64,000 nt of DNA. Origin: Candidatus Vogelbacteria bacterium (GTDB lineage: Bacteria; Patescibacteriota; Minisyncoccia; Phycocordibacterales; XYD1-FULL-46-19). The DNA is taken from contig CAIRHC010000011.1 of assembly GCA_903878275.1 (NCBI GenBank), positions 19,116 through 83,115 on the forward strand, in the 5' to 3' direction. A model generated the notes under the pieces. That model made no database searches. It was not told the origin of the DNA and was given only the letters and a program-made list of their open reading frames with translations. This document shows positions 38,860 to 47,607 of this stretch, piece by piece; positions within the stretch are counted from its first letter, which is position 1; every line of letters starts with the position of its first letter. A program made the position numbers and the translations under genes.

Positions 38860-39438
38860 TTAGGCAACCGGGGTTTCTTCTGATGCCACAGCCACTTCTT
38901 CAACGGGAACAGTTTCAACAACAGCCACTTCAGCCGCATCCATAATATTTTCCACTTCGGCTGGCACTTCTTCGGTCACAACTTTTTCGGCAACGACTGG
39001 AGCTTCAGCAACTTCCGGAGCAGGAGCGGGAGCATTTTTTGCCTCTTCGGCTTCTTTTTCCGCTTTTTCTTTTTCTGCTTTATCGGCTTCGGCTTTCTTC
39101 AAGGCGTCAGCTTTGTCTTTTTCTTCTTTAGCAGTCTTTGTAGCAACTAAAGCTTTCACTTTCTTGCCGAGTTTTTTAGAAGCAATATTTTTCTTTTCAC
39201 CCTTGATAATGCCTTTGCGAACCAAAAGATTGTAGGCAGTATCAGACAATTTGGCACCCACCGACATCCAATAAGTGACACGATCTTCTTTTATCGCTGG
39301 CGAACCTTGACGAGCATCATAGGAACCGACAACCTCAATGACTTTGCCAGTTTGAGCAGCCTCGTGAGAATCAACAATAACCATCCGGAAAGATGGGTCA
39401 TTTTTGCGTCCAACCCGTTGTAATCTGATCATTAACAT
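38860..39438 (-). CDS. rpsP: 30S ribosomal protein S16 with a long Ala/Glu-rich extension
   Basis: IRLQRVGRKN.P.FR.V..DS, GSYD, W...GA..SDT. Confidence 0.95.
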   Translation of the reverse strand: MLMIRLQRVGRKNDPSFRMVIVDSHEAAQTGKVIEVVGSYDARQGSPAIKEDRVTYWMSVGAKLSDTAYNLLVRKGIIKGEKKNIASKKLGKKVKALVATKTAKEEKDKADALKKAEADKAEKEKAEKEAEEAKNAPAPAPEVAEAPVVAEKVVTEEVPAEVENIMDAAEVAVVETVPVEEVAVASEETPVA

Positions 39439-39549
39439 TGTTTACATCTTATCAGAAACTAAGCCTAAAGTCAATTTTAGCCATACTGGCAAGCCCAAAA
39501 GTTCACTCTTACCTACTTATTTGCCCAAAAGGTGCTATAATGCCTGAAC

Positions 39550-41463
39550 ATGCCCAAAAAACACCAAAAATCAGAGGCTCCGACCAGTGTCATCCGCGTC
39601 AACGGCAAAGGTTTTGGCTTTATCGAACGACCCGGCGAAGACACGCTTTTTGTCCCGCCCGGCAGTCTGGGCACCGCCCTAGACAACGATATTATCGCCT
39701 ACCGCCGGACAAAAGATGACAATGCCGAGATAACAAAGGTAATTAAACGGAGCAAAACCAAATTTACCGGCACCGTCGTTGAGACGGAAAACGGCTTAAA
39801 AATAAAACCTGATAGTTTTAAATTTTATACTTTAATCAATGCCGAAAACATTGCCGAGAGTGGCGCCAAAATCAATGACAAAGTTTTGGTGGAAATTACC
39901 GACTGGCAAAAAGACGCCGACGAACCAAACGGTAATTTATTAAAAGTTTTCGGTCAAGCCGGTGAACACGAGCCAGAAATGCAAGCGATTATTTACGATC
40001 GCGGAATTGATACTGATTTTTCCGAAGACGTGCTAAAAGAATCAGAAGAAATTTTAAAAGAATCAGAAGATAATTTTAAACAGGAAGTTTTAACTCGTCG
40101 AGATTTCCGCAATATCACCACTTTCACCATCGATCCGAAAACCGCTAAAGATTATGATGACGCTTTGTCATTCAAAAAAATCTCTGACGATGAATTTGAA
40201 GTCGGCGTGCATATTGCCGATGTCTCTTTTTATGTCCGCCCCGGCACCGCCATCGACAATGAGGCGCGCAAACGTACCACCTCGGTCTATTTAGTCGATC
40301 GCACCATTCCAATGCTTCCTGAAGTCTTGTCGAACGATCTGTGTAGTCTCGTCGAAGGTAAAGATCGTCTCACCTACTCCGCCGTTTTCACACTAAATAA
40401 AAAAGCGGAAATTTTAATCGAGTGGTTTGGTCGCACCATCATCAATTCCAACAAAAGATTTTCTTACGAAGATGTCGCGGAAATTATCGACGCTGGCACC
40501 GGACTTTATTTTGAAGAATTAAATACGATAAACAATCTCGCCAAGGAACTCGACAAACAGAAAATTCGCGACGGCGCGCTCGCTTTCGAAGAAGACGAAG
40601 TGTCGTTTGAAATTGACGAAAACGGTAAGCCGATTAGTGTCTACAAAAAAGAACGGCTGACTTCGCACAAACTCGTCGAGGATTTTATGTTGCTCGCCAA
40701 TAAAAAAGTGGCGGAATTTGCCACTCGCTTTGTAAGACACAAAGACTTGATGTTCGTCTATCGAATTCACGAGGGACCAAATCCCGACAAAATTGCCGAC
40801 CTAATTAAATTCTTAAAATTATTTGGCCACACCTTAAAAATCAAAGGTAAAAAAATTGTCCCAAGTGAACTCAATAATTTTTTGAAAACCATTGCTGGCA
40901 CGCCCGAAGAAAATATTTTAAATCGCTCGATTGTTCGATCGATGAGTCGCGCCGTTTACGCCATGAAAAATATCGGGCACTTTGGTTTGGCGTTTGAAGA
41001 TTACACCCACTTTACTTCGCCGATTCGTCGCTATCCAGATGTAATGGTTCATCGCCTGCTCACTTATTATTTAGACAAACAATATCCCGCGATTGAAATG
41101 TTGCAAGATTATGACCGACTCTGTACTCACTCTTCAGATATGGAAAAAAGAGCGACCGATGCCGAACGCGAATCGATCAAATACAAACAAGCCGAATATT
41201 TGGAGCAACACATCGGCGAAATTTTCGATGGCGTCGTATCTGGCACGACCAAGTGGGGTATGTACGTCGAAGAACTCTCGACTGGCGCCGAAGGTTTGGT
41301 GCGTCTCGCTGATTTAAAAGATGACCGCTACACCTTCGACGACAAAAAATTCTGCCTCGTCGGCGAAAAAACTAAAAAAACGTATCGCCTAGGAGATACC
41401 CTAAAAATCAAAGTTCTAAAAACTGATCGAGTGGCGAAGACGATTGATTTCGGGATTGTTTAA
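39550..41463 (+). CDS. rnr: Ribonuclease R / RNB family exoribonuclease
   Basis: FTIDP..AKDYDDA, HIADV, FM..AN, YTHFTSPIRRYPD, C-terminal S1 domain. Confidence 0.93.
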   Translation: MPKKHQKSEAPTSVIRVNGKGFGFIERPGEDTLFVPPGSLGTALDNDIIAYRRTKDDNAEITKVIKRSKTKFTGTVVETENGLKIKPDSFKFYTLINAENIAESGAKINDKVLVEITDWQKDADEPNGNLLKVFGQAGEHEPEMQAIIYDRGIDTDFSEDVLKESEEILKESEDNFKQEVLTRRDFRNITTFTIDPKTAKDYDDALSFKKISDDEFEVGVHIADVSFYVRPGTAIDNEARKRTTSVYLVDRTIPMLPEVLSNDLCSLVEGKDRLTYSAVFTLNKKAEILIEWFGRTIINSNKRFSYEDVAEIIDAGTGLYFEELNTINNLAKELDKQKIRDGALAFEEDEVSFEIDENGKPISVYKKERLTSHKLVEDFMLLANKKVAEFATRFVRHKDLMFVYRIHEGPNPDKIADLIKFLKLFGHTLKIKGKKIVPSELNNFLKTIAGTPEENILNRSIVRSMSRAVYAMKNIGHFGLAFEDYTHFTSPIRRYPDVMVHRLLTYYLDKQYPAIEMLQDYDRLCTHSSDMEKRATDAERESIKYKQAEYLEQHIGEIFDGVVSGTTKWGMYVEELSTGAEGLVRLADLKDDRYTFDDKKFCLVGEKTKKTYRLGDTLKIKVLKTDRVAKTIDFGIV

Positions 41464-41494
41464 AAAATAACCAAGATTGTTCTCGATTATTTTT

Positions 41495-43744
41495 CTACTT
41501 CGCATAAGCCTCGGCTTCATCAAATTTAATTGAGATCAAACGCGAGACTGAATCGGCGCCAATGGTCACACCATACAAAATGCCGGCGCGGGACATTGTC
41601 TCACGATTGTGCGTAATTAAAATCAGTTGGGAATATTTTGACAAATTTTCAATCATATCGGCATATTTCCTCGAGTTGGCTTCATCAAGTGCCGCATCGG
41701 TCTCGTCAAGAATCAAAAATGGTGGTGGATTGACTTGAGACATCGCAAAGAGGAGCGCGATCGAAGTGAGCGCTCTTTCACCACCCGAAAGCATCGCCAG
41801 ACCTTTGATTTTTTTGCGTGGCAAATTGACCGCCACTTCCACTCCACCGCCACTTTCATCTTCGGCGGTATCTGGCACGATTGCCTCTTCCAAAAGATCT
41901 TCGGTACTCGCCTCTTTTTTCTTGCGCGGTAAAACCACTTCCAGTCCCGCCGAACCACCGCCAAACAAAATATTAAAGAATTTCTGAAATTCGCTGTTTA
42001 TTTTTTTTATACCAGTGCTAAAGTCTTCATTTATTTTGACCCGCAATTCGTCCATCACTTCGAGCAAGGCTTTTTTACTTTCGGCTAAATCCAAAAGTTC
42101 TTTCGCCAAATGAGCGTCGCGAGCCGTCACTTCTTCGTGTTCACGCAAGACATCGCTACTTTCCACACCCATATCTTCAAGGCGAATTTTCGCTCGTTCG
42201 ATTTTTCGCCGGCGGTCTTCTTGGGCGTGCCGTTCTTCGATCAATGCCTCTTTGTCATCAATCGGCAAACCCGAATAATCCAAAATTTCTCGTCCGAGTA
42301 AAACACCAGCTTCGCCAAGTTCTTGCCGAAAATTTTCGCGTTCCAAAGTCAGTGTTTCTTTTCTGGCGAGTAAGGTTTGAATCGTCGCCGAAAGTTCGCT
42401 TCTTTTTACGCGCCATTCAAACAAAGCTTTTTCGGCTTCGCGAGTTTCTTCGGTATTGTGAGTCATCGCCAAACGCAAAGTCCCCGCTTTATTTTGCCAG
42501 TCTCTTTCTTCGTCTTCTAGTTTGGTTATTTCTTCCAAAACCTGAATTTTTTCGGCTTCAAATTTATTTATTTCGAGCGTCAATTCTTCGGCTTTTTCTT
42601 CGGCAATATTTTCTTGTTCATAATTTACCAGCAAAGAATCGACAAACAATCGCAAATTTTGCACCACGTGCTTGACCAACGACAAATCAAAGGCTCGTTC
42701 TAATTCGCCAACATAATTATTTAAAGATTCTTGCCAACCTTTTACTTCGTGCAAAGAAATCGTGACAGACGAGCTAACCGCTTTTGGCAATTTGGCTTGC
42801 TTGGTTTCGTATTCAATCAAACCCTCAAGGCGACCAAGCTTGCGTGACAGGTCATCGTAACGCCCACGCACCACCCTGATTTGCGATTCAATTTCACGTA
42901 ATTCGTTTTGTTCGGCAATCTGACGAGTGTCACGAGTAGCAGTTTTTTCCAACTCCACCAAACGCTCGTCAATCTCGTGCAATTTTTCTTTTGGCGAAAT
43001 CAGATCATCCGCCAACCGATTTTCCCAGTGTTTCAAATAAATTTCTTCGCGACACAGGTATTCTTTGTAAATATCCGACATTTCTTTCTTGAGCTCGTTG
43101 ATTTTTTCAATTTTTTCTACCTGCTTTTTTAAAAATTTTAAGTGCGGCGCAATTTCTCGCCTGATCGATTCGACTTGTTTGATATTTTCTTCAGTCTTCG
43201 CCAATTTCTTTTCACTTTCTTGCAATTTCCATTGATAAATTTTCAAGCCTAGCGCATCTTCGATCATCCCACGACGCTCTATGGCATTGGCATTTAAAAT
43301 TCTATCCGCTTCACCTTGACTGATGATATGATGACCAGATGAGCCGAGCGACACACTCGCCAAAAGCTCAATAATATCTTTCAAGCGCACCGCCGAACCA
43401 TTGATCGAATATTCATTAGTGCCTTCACGGAAAACTTCACGCGAGATAACGACTTCATCAAAATCTAAATTAAAATGCCGATCGTGGTTGTCGAAAGTCA
43501 CCGTCACGCTCGCTCGCGACAGTCGCCCAAGCGAACTAGAACCATTGAAAATTAAATCTTCACCACGCTTACCACGCAAAGATTTTAAAGATTGTTCACC
43601 GAGCACCCAACGGAAAGCTTCGGCGACGTTTGACTTGCCCGAACCATTTGGTCCGACGATAGCTACTACCGGCGAATCAAAAAACAAAGTCGCCTTGCGA
43701 CCAAAAGATTTAAAACCCGAAATTTCCAACTTTTTGAGAGTCAC
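41495..43744 (-). CDS. smc: Short SMC-family ATPase
   Basis: GFKSF, VGPNGSGKSN, LRG, Q-loop, LSGGE, ILDE.DAALD, ITH; only 749 aa. Confidence 0.88.
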   Translation of the reverse strand: MTLKKLEISGFKSFGRKATLFFDSPVVAIVGPNGSGKSNVAEAFRWVLGEQSLKSLRGKRGEDLIFNGSSSLGRLSRASVTVTFDNHDRHFNLDFDEVVISREVFREGTNEYSINGSAVRLKDIIELLASVSLGSSGHHIISQGEADRILNANAIERRGMIEDALGLKIYQWKLQESEKKLAKTEENIKQVESIRREIAPHLKFLKKQVEKIEKINELKKEMSDIYKEYLCREEIYLKHWENRLADDLISPKEKLHEIDERLVELEKTATRDTRQIAEQNELREIESQIRVVRGRYDDLSRKLGRLEGLIEYETKQAKLPKAVSSSVTISLHEVKGWQESLNNYVGELERAFDLSLVKHVVQNLRLFVDSLLVNYEQENIAEEKAEELTLEINKFEAEKIQVLEEITKLEDEERDWQNKAGTLRLAMTHNTEETREAEKALFEWRVKRSELSATIQTLLARKETLTLERENFRQELGEAGVLLGREILDYSGLPIDDKEALIEERHAQEDRRRKIERAKIRLEDMGVESSDVLREHEEVTARDAHLAKELLDLAESKKALLEVMDELRVKINEDFSTGIKKINSEFQKFFNILFGGGSAGLEVVLPRKKKEASTEDLLEEAIVPDTAEDESGGGVEVAVNLPRKKIKGLAMLSGGERALTSIALLFAMSQVNPPPFLILDETDAALDEANSRKYADMIENLSKYSQLILITHNRETMSRAGILYGVTIGADSVSRLISIKFDEAEAYAK

Positions 43745-43816
43745 TATGTAAATTATAAACTATTAAGATAAAAACTTGAAGTGATTAAAGCCTTAAAACT
43801 GGGCATTTCTCGGCTA

Positions 43817-43873
43817 TTGACAAAACTGTTAAATAGGTGTATAATAGAAAAAGTTAAAATTGTTCTTTAAAAA
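43817..43873 (+). promoter_or_regulatory. Perfect sigma70 promoter plus boxA-like motif
   Basis: TTGACA(43817-22)-17 nt-TATAAT(43840-45); TGTTCTTTAAAA at 43861. Confidence 0.8.
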
Positions 43874-43969
43874 TCAAAGTGCACTCTCCTTTGGTTGATA
43901 GATAATTTCTGCAATTGGGCAGGAGTCATCTTAAACCAAAGGAGAAACTGATACGAGGAAGATAACAAA

Positions 43970-44458
43970 ATGGAGATGGCGGAGTTTCGGAAAATGATAA
44001 GGTTCTCCGAGATTGTCGAGGTTCTCGCCAAAATCGAGAGAAAAGACAAGGTCGTACTAGCGGTACTTAAAAAATACCGTGAATGCTTCCGGGATCTTTC
44101 GTGGGTTCAGAGTTTGAGATTTGACTTTATTGGCTGTCCTGGAATTCGCAAGAATTCTCCAGAATATACCAAACTAGTCAAAGCCCAAAAAGCAGTAAAG
44201 AAGATCGCCGACGAAACACGCAAACTTCGAAATTGCCGACCGGAATTTCTCAAACTTTTGGCTAGCCTATTCGCACTCGAAAAGAGAGCGGACGAGCAAA
44301 TCAGCGAACACATAAGCCAAAATCCGGAAATGTCCGATAATGTAATCGAAATTATCCGAGAAGGAACAGGTAAACGGAACTATGACGGCTCACGGTTCAT
44401 CAACCAAAGCAATCGTCCGTTCCACCACCAAACAAACAAAAATAATGGTCGCCGCTAG
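43970..44458 (+). CDS. Orphan hypothetical protein (162 aa, helical, basic)
   Basis: Has its own promoter, a GAGG SD and a downstream terminator; no recognisable family. Confidence 0.7.
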   Translation: MEMAEFRKMIRFSEIVEVLAKIERKDKVVLAVLKKYRECFRDLSWVQSLRFDFIGCPGIRKNSPEYTKLVKAQKAVKKIADETRKLRNCRPEFLKLLASLFALEKRADEQISEHISQNPEMSDNVIEIIREGTGKRNYDGSRFINQSNRPFHHQTNKNNGRR

Positions 44459-44572
44459 ATAACACAAACGGCACCAAAAACGAACAACCTGACGTTTTAA
44501 CCATTTCGATCTTTGACATCGAGATGCAATACCAAAAAAAATAACTCGAGAAGTTTTTCGCACTTTGACTTC

Positions 44573-44628
44573 TCTTTCATTCTTAGATGTGTGTCTAGGC
44601 TTATGAGTCCAAAAGGACGAAATGAAGA
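44573..44628 (+). ncRNA. Type III hammerhead ribozyme fold with variant core CUUAUGA
   Basis: Stem III ..UUUCA/UGAAG.., triplet AUU, stem I CUUAGA-ugugug-UCUAGG, core CUUAUGA, stem II GUCC-aaaa-GGAC, GAAA. Confidence 0.7.
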
Positions 44629-44636
44629 AACCCGAC

Positions 44637-44668
44637 AAAAACTGCCCCGCTAAAAGCGGAGCAGTTTT
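44637..44668. terminator. Intrinsic terminator after the ribozyme fold
   Basis: AAAAACTGCCCCGC-taaaa-GCGGAGCAGTTTTT. Confidence 0.8.
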
Positions 44669-44695
44669 TGTTTGCTTTATTGAATTATCGTTCTT

Positions 44696-45071
44696 ACCAC
44701 CAAGTCGAAACCTTTTACTTTTTTAAAACTATTTTGTGCGATATTTTGTGCGATATCCAATCTCGCACAATCCTCCCGTCACCACCAAGGCGAGACTTGT
44801 TTCTGTTTAAAATCTCCGTCACCACCGTTCGCGGAGAATTAGCCTTTTGATGGCATTGAGAAAGGCAATTGAAAATTAAGAAGCTGAACAAAATCCTCAT
44901 CGCCACCAAGGCGAGACCTTTTACTTTTTTAAACCCTTGCGGAATTGTCGCCAGCATGGTTTTCGCCCTTTGTTTTTTTTGTTGCTTTAGCAACAAGGGC
45001 GAAATGGCGACTTGGAGCAGAGGAAAAAGCCCCGCTGGGGCTTTTTCTGTGGTTTAAAAAAGTAAAAGGTT
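44696..45071. repeat. Degenerate direct repeats plus a 20-bp inverted repeat enclosing nested hairpins
   Basis: CCACCAAG(G/T)CGA(G/A)AC...TTTAAA at about 44697, 44782 and 44903; ACCTTTTACTTTTTTAAACC (44916-35) inverted at 45051-70. Confidence 0.8.
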
Positions 45072-45079
45072 GAGCCTCT

Positions 45080-45781
45080 CTATTTTTTCTCCCACTTCTT
45101 AACCGCCAAACCTTTTCGCGCCGCTTCTTGCTCGGCTTCTTGTTTTGACTTGCCTTCGCCGGTGGCAATTTGTTCTTTTTGTAAAAATAAACCGACGGTA
45201 AAAATCTTGTCGTGATCAGGACCACTGTCAGACACCAGCTTATAGCTCGGTGTAATATTCAATATTTCTTGAGCTTTTTTCTGAAAATCACTTTTGTAAT
45301 CTTCGCTCATTGATTTATTAATAATTTCTTCCGCCTTGGACAATAAAAATTTTTCAATAAAAACTCTCGCTGATTCATAACCTTGATCAAGATAAATCGC
45401 CCCGACAATTGCCTCGTACGCATTAGCTAAAATAATTTGGCGCGCTCGTCCGACATCTTTTGATTCGCCGCGCGACAAAAAAAGCATCTCGTTCACACCA
45501 AGCTCGCTTGCCAACGCGCTACAAGTATTGGCATTGACCAAAGCCGCCCGATACAAGGTGAGCTCCCCTTCCGGTTTGTCCTTATATTTATTAAATAAAA
45601 AATCAGTCGTCACTAATTCGAGCACAGCATCGCCTAAAAATTCCAAGCGCTCGTTGTGATCAAGCTCGCAATCTTTGTGTTCGTTCAAATAAGATCGATG
45701 AATAAAAGCCGTCTTCAACAGCTCTTTATTTTTAAAATGAAAACCAATTTTTTTCTCAAATTGTGATAAGTCTGCACCCAT
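45080..45781 (-). CDS. rnc: Ribonuclease III
   Basis: HRSY, NERLEFLGDAVL, EG.L, EA..GAIYLD, dsRBD GPDH. Confidence 0.97.
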   Translation of the reverse strand: MGADLSQFEKKIGFHFKNKELLKTAFIHRSYLNEHKDCELDHNERLEFLGDAVLELVTTDFLFNKYKDKPEGELTLYRAALVNANTCSALASELGVNEMLFLSRGESKDVGRARQIILANAYEAIVGAIYLDQGYESARVFIEKFLLSKAEEIINKSMSEDYKSDFQKKAQEILNITPSYKLVSDSGPDHDKIFTVGLFLQKEQIATGEGKSKQEAEQEAARKGLAVKKWEKK

Positions 45782-45790
45782 ATTTAAATC

Positions 45791-46693
45791 TTACCGCGCC
45801 ATTAATTTCTTTATCGCCTTGGTAATAATCGGTAAAATGTCATCATACATTCGAAGCTCGGTCACCTCTTCAATCGCAAACCAACCGACATTGTCTAAGC
45901 CACTTTTTTCTTCCAACTTCAACGTTTTCTTAGTTTTACATTCCGCCAAAAAATAATTGACTTGTCGACGAATTTTACCTCTTTCCGGATCAGAAGCAAT
46001 ATATTCATTCAAACCCAGCTCACCTTTAATTTCTGAATCAACTGAAACTTCTTCTTTGACCTCACGAACGGTGCCAGCTTCGACTTCTTCGCCTACTTCG
46101 ATATGCCCTTTTGGCAAAGTCCAATAACCAAAGACATCGTGAACCAAAGCCAGAAAAATTTTATCTTTGTCGCGACAATAGACCACCGCCCCGCCGAGCT
46201 TTTCGACTGGCATATCTTCATAAGCGACATCAGGTTTGCGAATTTTGCGACCAGAGACTTGATCTTTGTCTGGCTCGCCAAGTTCTTTGTACACAGTGCC
46301 GAGCACGCCGTTGATAAAACGTCCGCTATTTTCTCCACCGAAAGTTTTACCGAGTTCAATGGCTTCGTTTATCGCCACTTTGGCTGGCACATCTTTGCGA
46401 TTACCAAAAATTAATTCGTACAAACCAAGACGCAAAATATTGCGATCAACCACTGCAATCTGTCCGATCGGCCAATCGGGTGCCGCCTTTTCGAGGATAG
46501 AATCAAGCTTATCTTTATGAGAAATAACACCGTCCACCAACTCATTTACAAAAGCCATTTCATCCAAACCTGGTCCAAATTCTTCCACCACCGCCTCGGT
46601 CACTTTATCGAGTTTTGAAGTATCGCCGTCGTTGAAATCCCAATCAAAGAGGATTTGCATTGCTAAACTCCGAGATAAATGCCGATTAGCCAT
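45791..46693 (-). CDS. nusB: NusB fused to a C-terminal NUDIX domain
   Basis: R..SR..A.Q.LF, DRNILR, INEAIEL.K.FG...S..FING; then PKGHIE.GE......REVKEE Nudix box. Confidence 0.9.
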   Translation of the reverse strand: MANRHLSRSLAMQILFDWDFNDGDTSKLDKVTEAVVEEFGPGLDEMAFVNELVDGVISHKDKLDSILEKAAPDWPIGQIAVVDRNILRLGLYELIFGNRKDVPAKVAINEAIELGKTFGGENSGRFINGVLGTVYKELGEPDKDQVSGRKIRKPDVAYEDMPVEKLGGAVVYCRDKDKIFLALVHDVFGYWTLPKGHIEVGEEVEAGTVREVKEEVSVDSEIKGELGLNEYIASDPERGKIRRQVNYFLAECKTKKTLKLEEKSGLDNVGWFAIEEVTELRMYDDILPIITKAIKKLMAR

Positions 46694-46742
46694 AATTATT
46701 TAATGTTCAAAATAAAAAACCACTTAATTTAAAAACTTAATT

Positions 46743-46973
46743 TTATTTGCCTTCAGCCACTGCCTTTTTCTTTCGTTTGGCTTCCTTTTTTTCTACCTTC
46801 ACCAGGACATTGATTACCTCTCTTTTGTTGTAGGAACCGCAGGTCAAACAGGCTCGGTGATTTTGTTTTGGGCTACTGCATTTATCGCACGCCGAAAGAC
46901 GAGGCGCCGTAATAGCGTGGTGAGATCGGCGATTTGCCGTATGGGCTCTTGTGTGTCGCATTCGTACTACCAT
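46743..46973 (-). CDS. rpmF: 50S ribosomal protein L32
   Basis: RRSH...C..C.....HR.C..CG.Y; upstream of nusB-rnc. Confidence 0.92.
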   Translation of the reverse strand: MVVRMRHTRAHTANRRSHHAITAPRLSACDKCSSPKQNHRACLTCGSYNKREVINVLVKVEKKEAKRKKKAVAEGK

Positions 46974-47034
46974 AGTGTTTTTATACTACCTTATTTTATT
47001 AAAAAACGCAAATTAAGACCAGCCAGAGATGGTG

Positions 47035-47062
47035 AAACCGGCGTTTGCGCAGACGCCGGTTT
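47035..47062. terminator. Hairpin after the orphan ORF
   Basis: AAACCGGCGT...ACGCCGGTTT. Confidence 0.6.
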
Positions 47063-47092
47063 GGAAAAAAAATCGTGCTTTTGAAAAGAAAG

Positions 47093-47545
47093 TTAAGCAG
47101 CGCTCTTCTTGGGCAAAAGTGCCCGAACGTCTTCCCGGACGACCGGGTTGATTACTAGAAGCTGATTGCGAACTTTTTCCCAAAACTGCGGGGAAAGCGT
47201 CTGCCGACGCAATCGAATATTCGACATCGCGAAGCGAGCAACCTCCGGTCCAAGAGTCAAAAGGGTTAGAAGATCATCCTCCTCTATCTTTGGCAGTTTG
47301 CTCACCGTGAGTAAAAGTTGAATCTCGCCGAAGGATACTATCATCCGACGAATATCACCTTCGGATCGGCGCTTGCACTCTTTCCAAGCAAGTTCAATCG
47401 CTTCTTTTTGGTTGAGACACTTGGATAAGTGATACCCGTCAGGTATCCCATATCTTATCACCGCCACCAATTCTTCTAACGACGCCTTGGTGAAATCAAA
47501 ACATTTGGTTTTTTTCGCCTTGATTTCCGTACTTTTTTTCTTCAT
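47093..47545 (-). CDS. Orphan hypothetical protein (150 aa)
   Basis: AAGGAG SD and TTGCTA-17 nt-TATAAA promoter; no recognisable family. Confidence 0.65.
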   Translation of the reverse strand: MKKKSTEIKAKKTKCFDFTKASLEELVAVIRYGIPDGYHLSKCLNQKEAIELAWKECKRRSEGDIRRMIVSFGEIQLLLTVSKLPKIEEDDLLTLLTLGPEVARFAMSNIRLRRQTLSPQFWEKVRNQLLVINPVVREDVRALLPKKSAA

Positions 47546-47607
47546 TGGAAAACTCCTTCCGTGAGTTTGCGCAACATAAACAGCACGATTTTTCCTTTAT
47601 TTTTATA

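Noticed and set aside
43940-43965. Second hammerhead in the 5' leader (CTGATAC)
   Set aside because: Lacks G8/A9, stem II and GAAA; the other CTGATGA hits I noticed lie in coding regions without supporting stems.
44696-44935. Possible CRISPR array
   Set aside because: Repeats are degenerate, spacing is irregular (about 85 and 120 bp), and no cas genes are in the window; kept only as a repeat region.
44669-45225. ORFs at 44668-44850, 44715-44996, 44869-45057 and 44929-45225
   Set aside because: Mutually overlapping low-complexity frames across repeats and hairpins.
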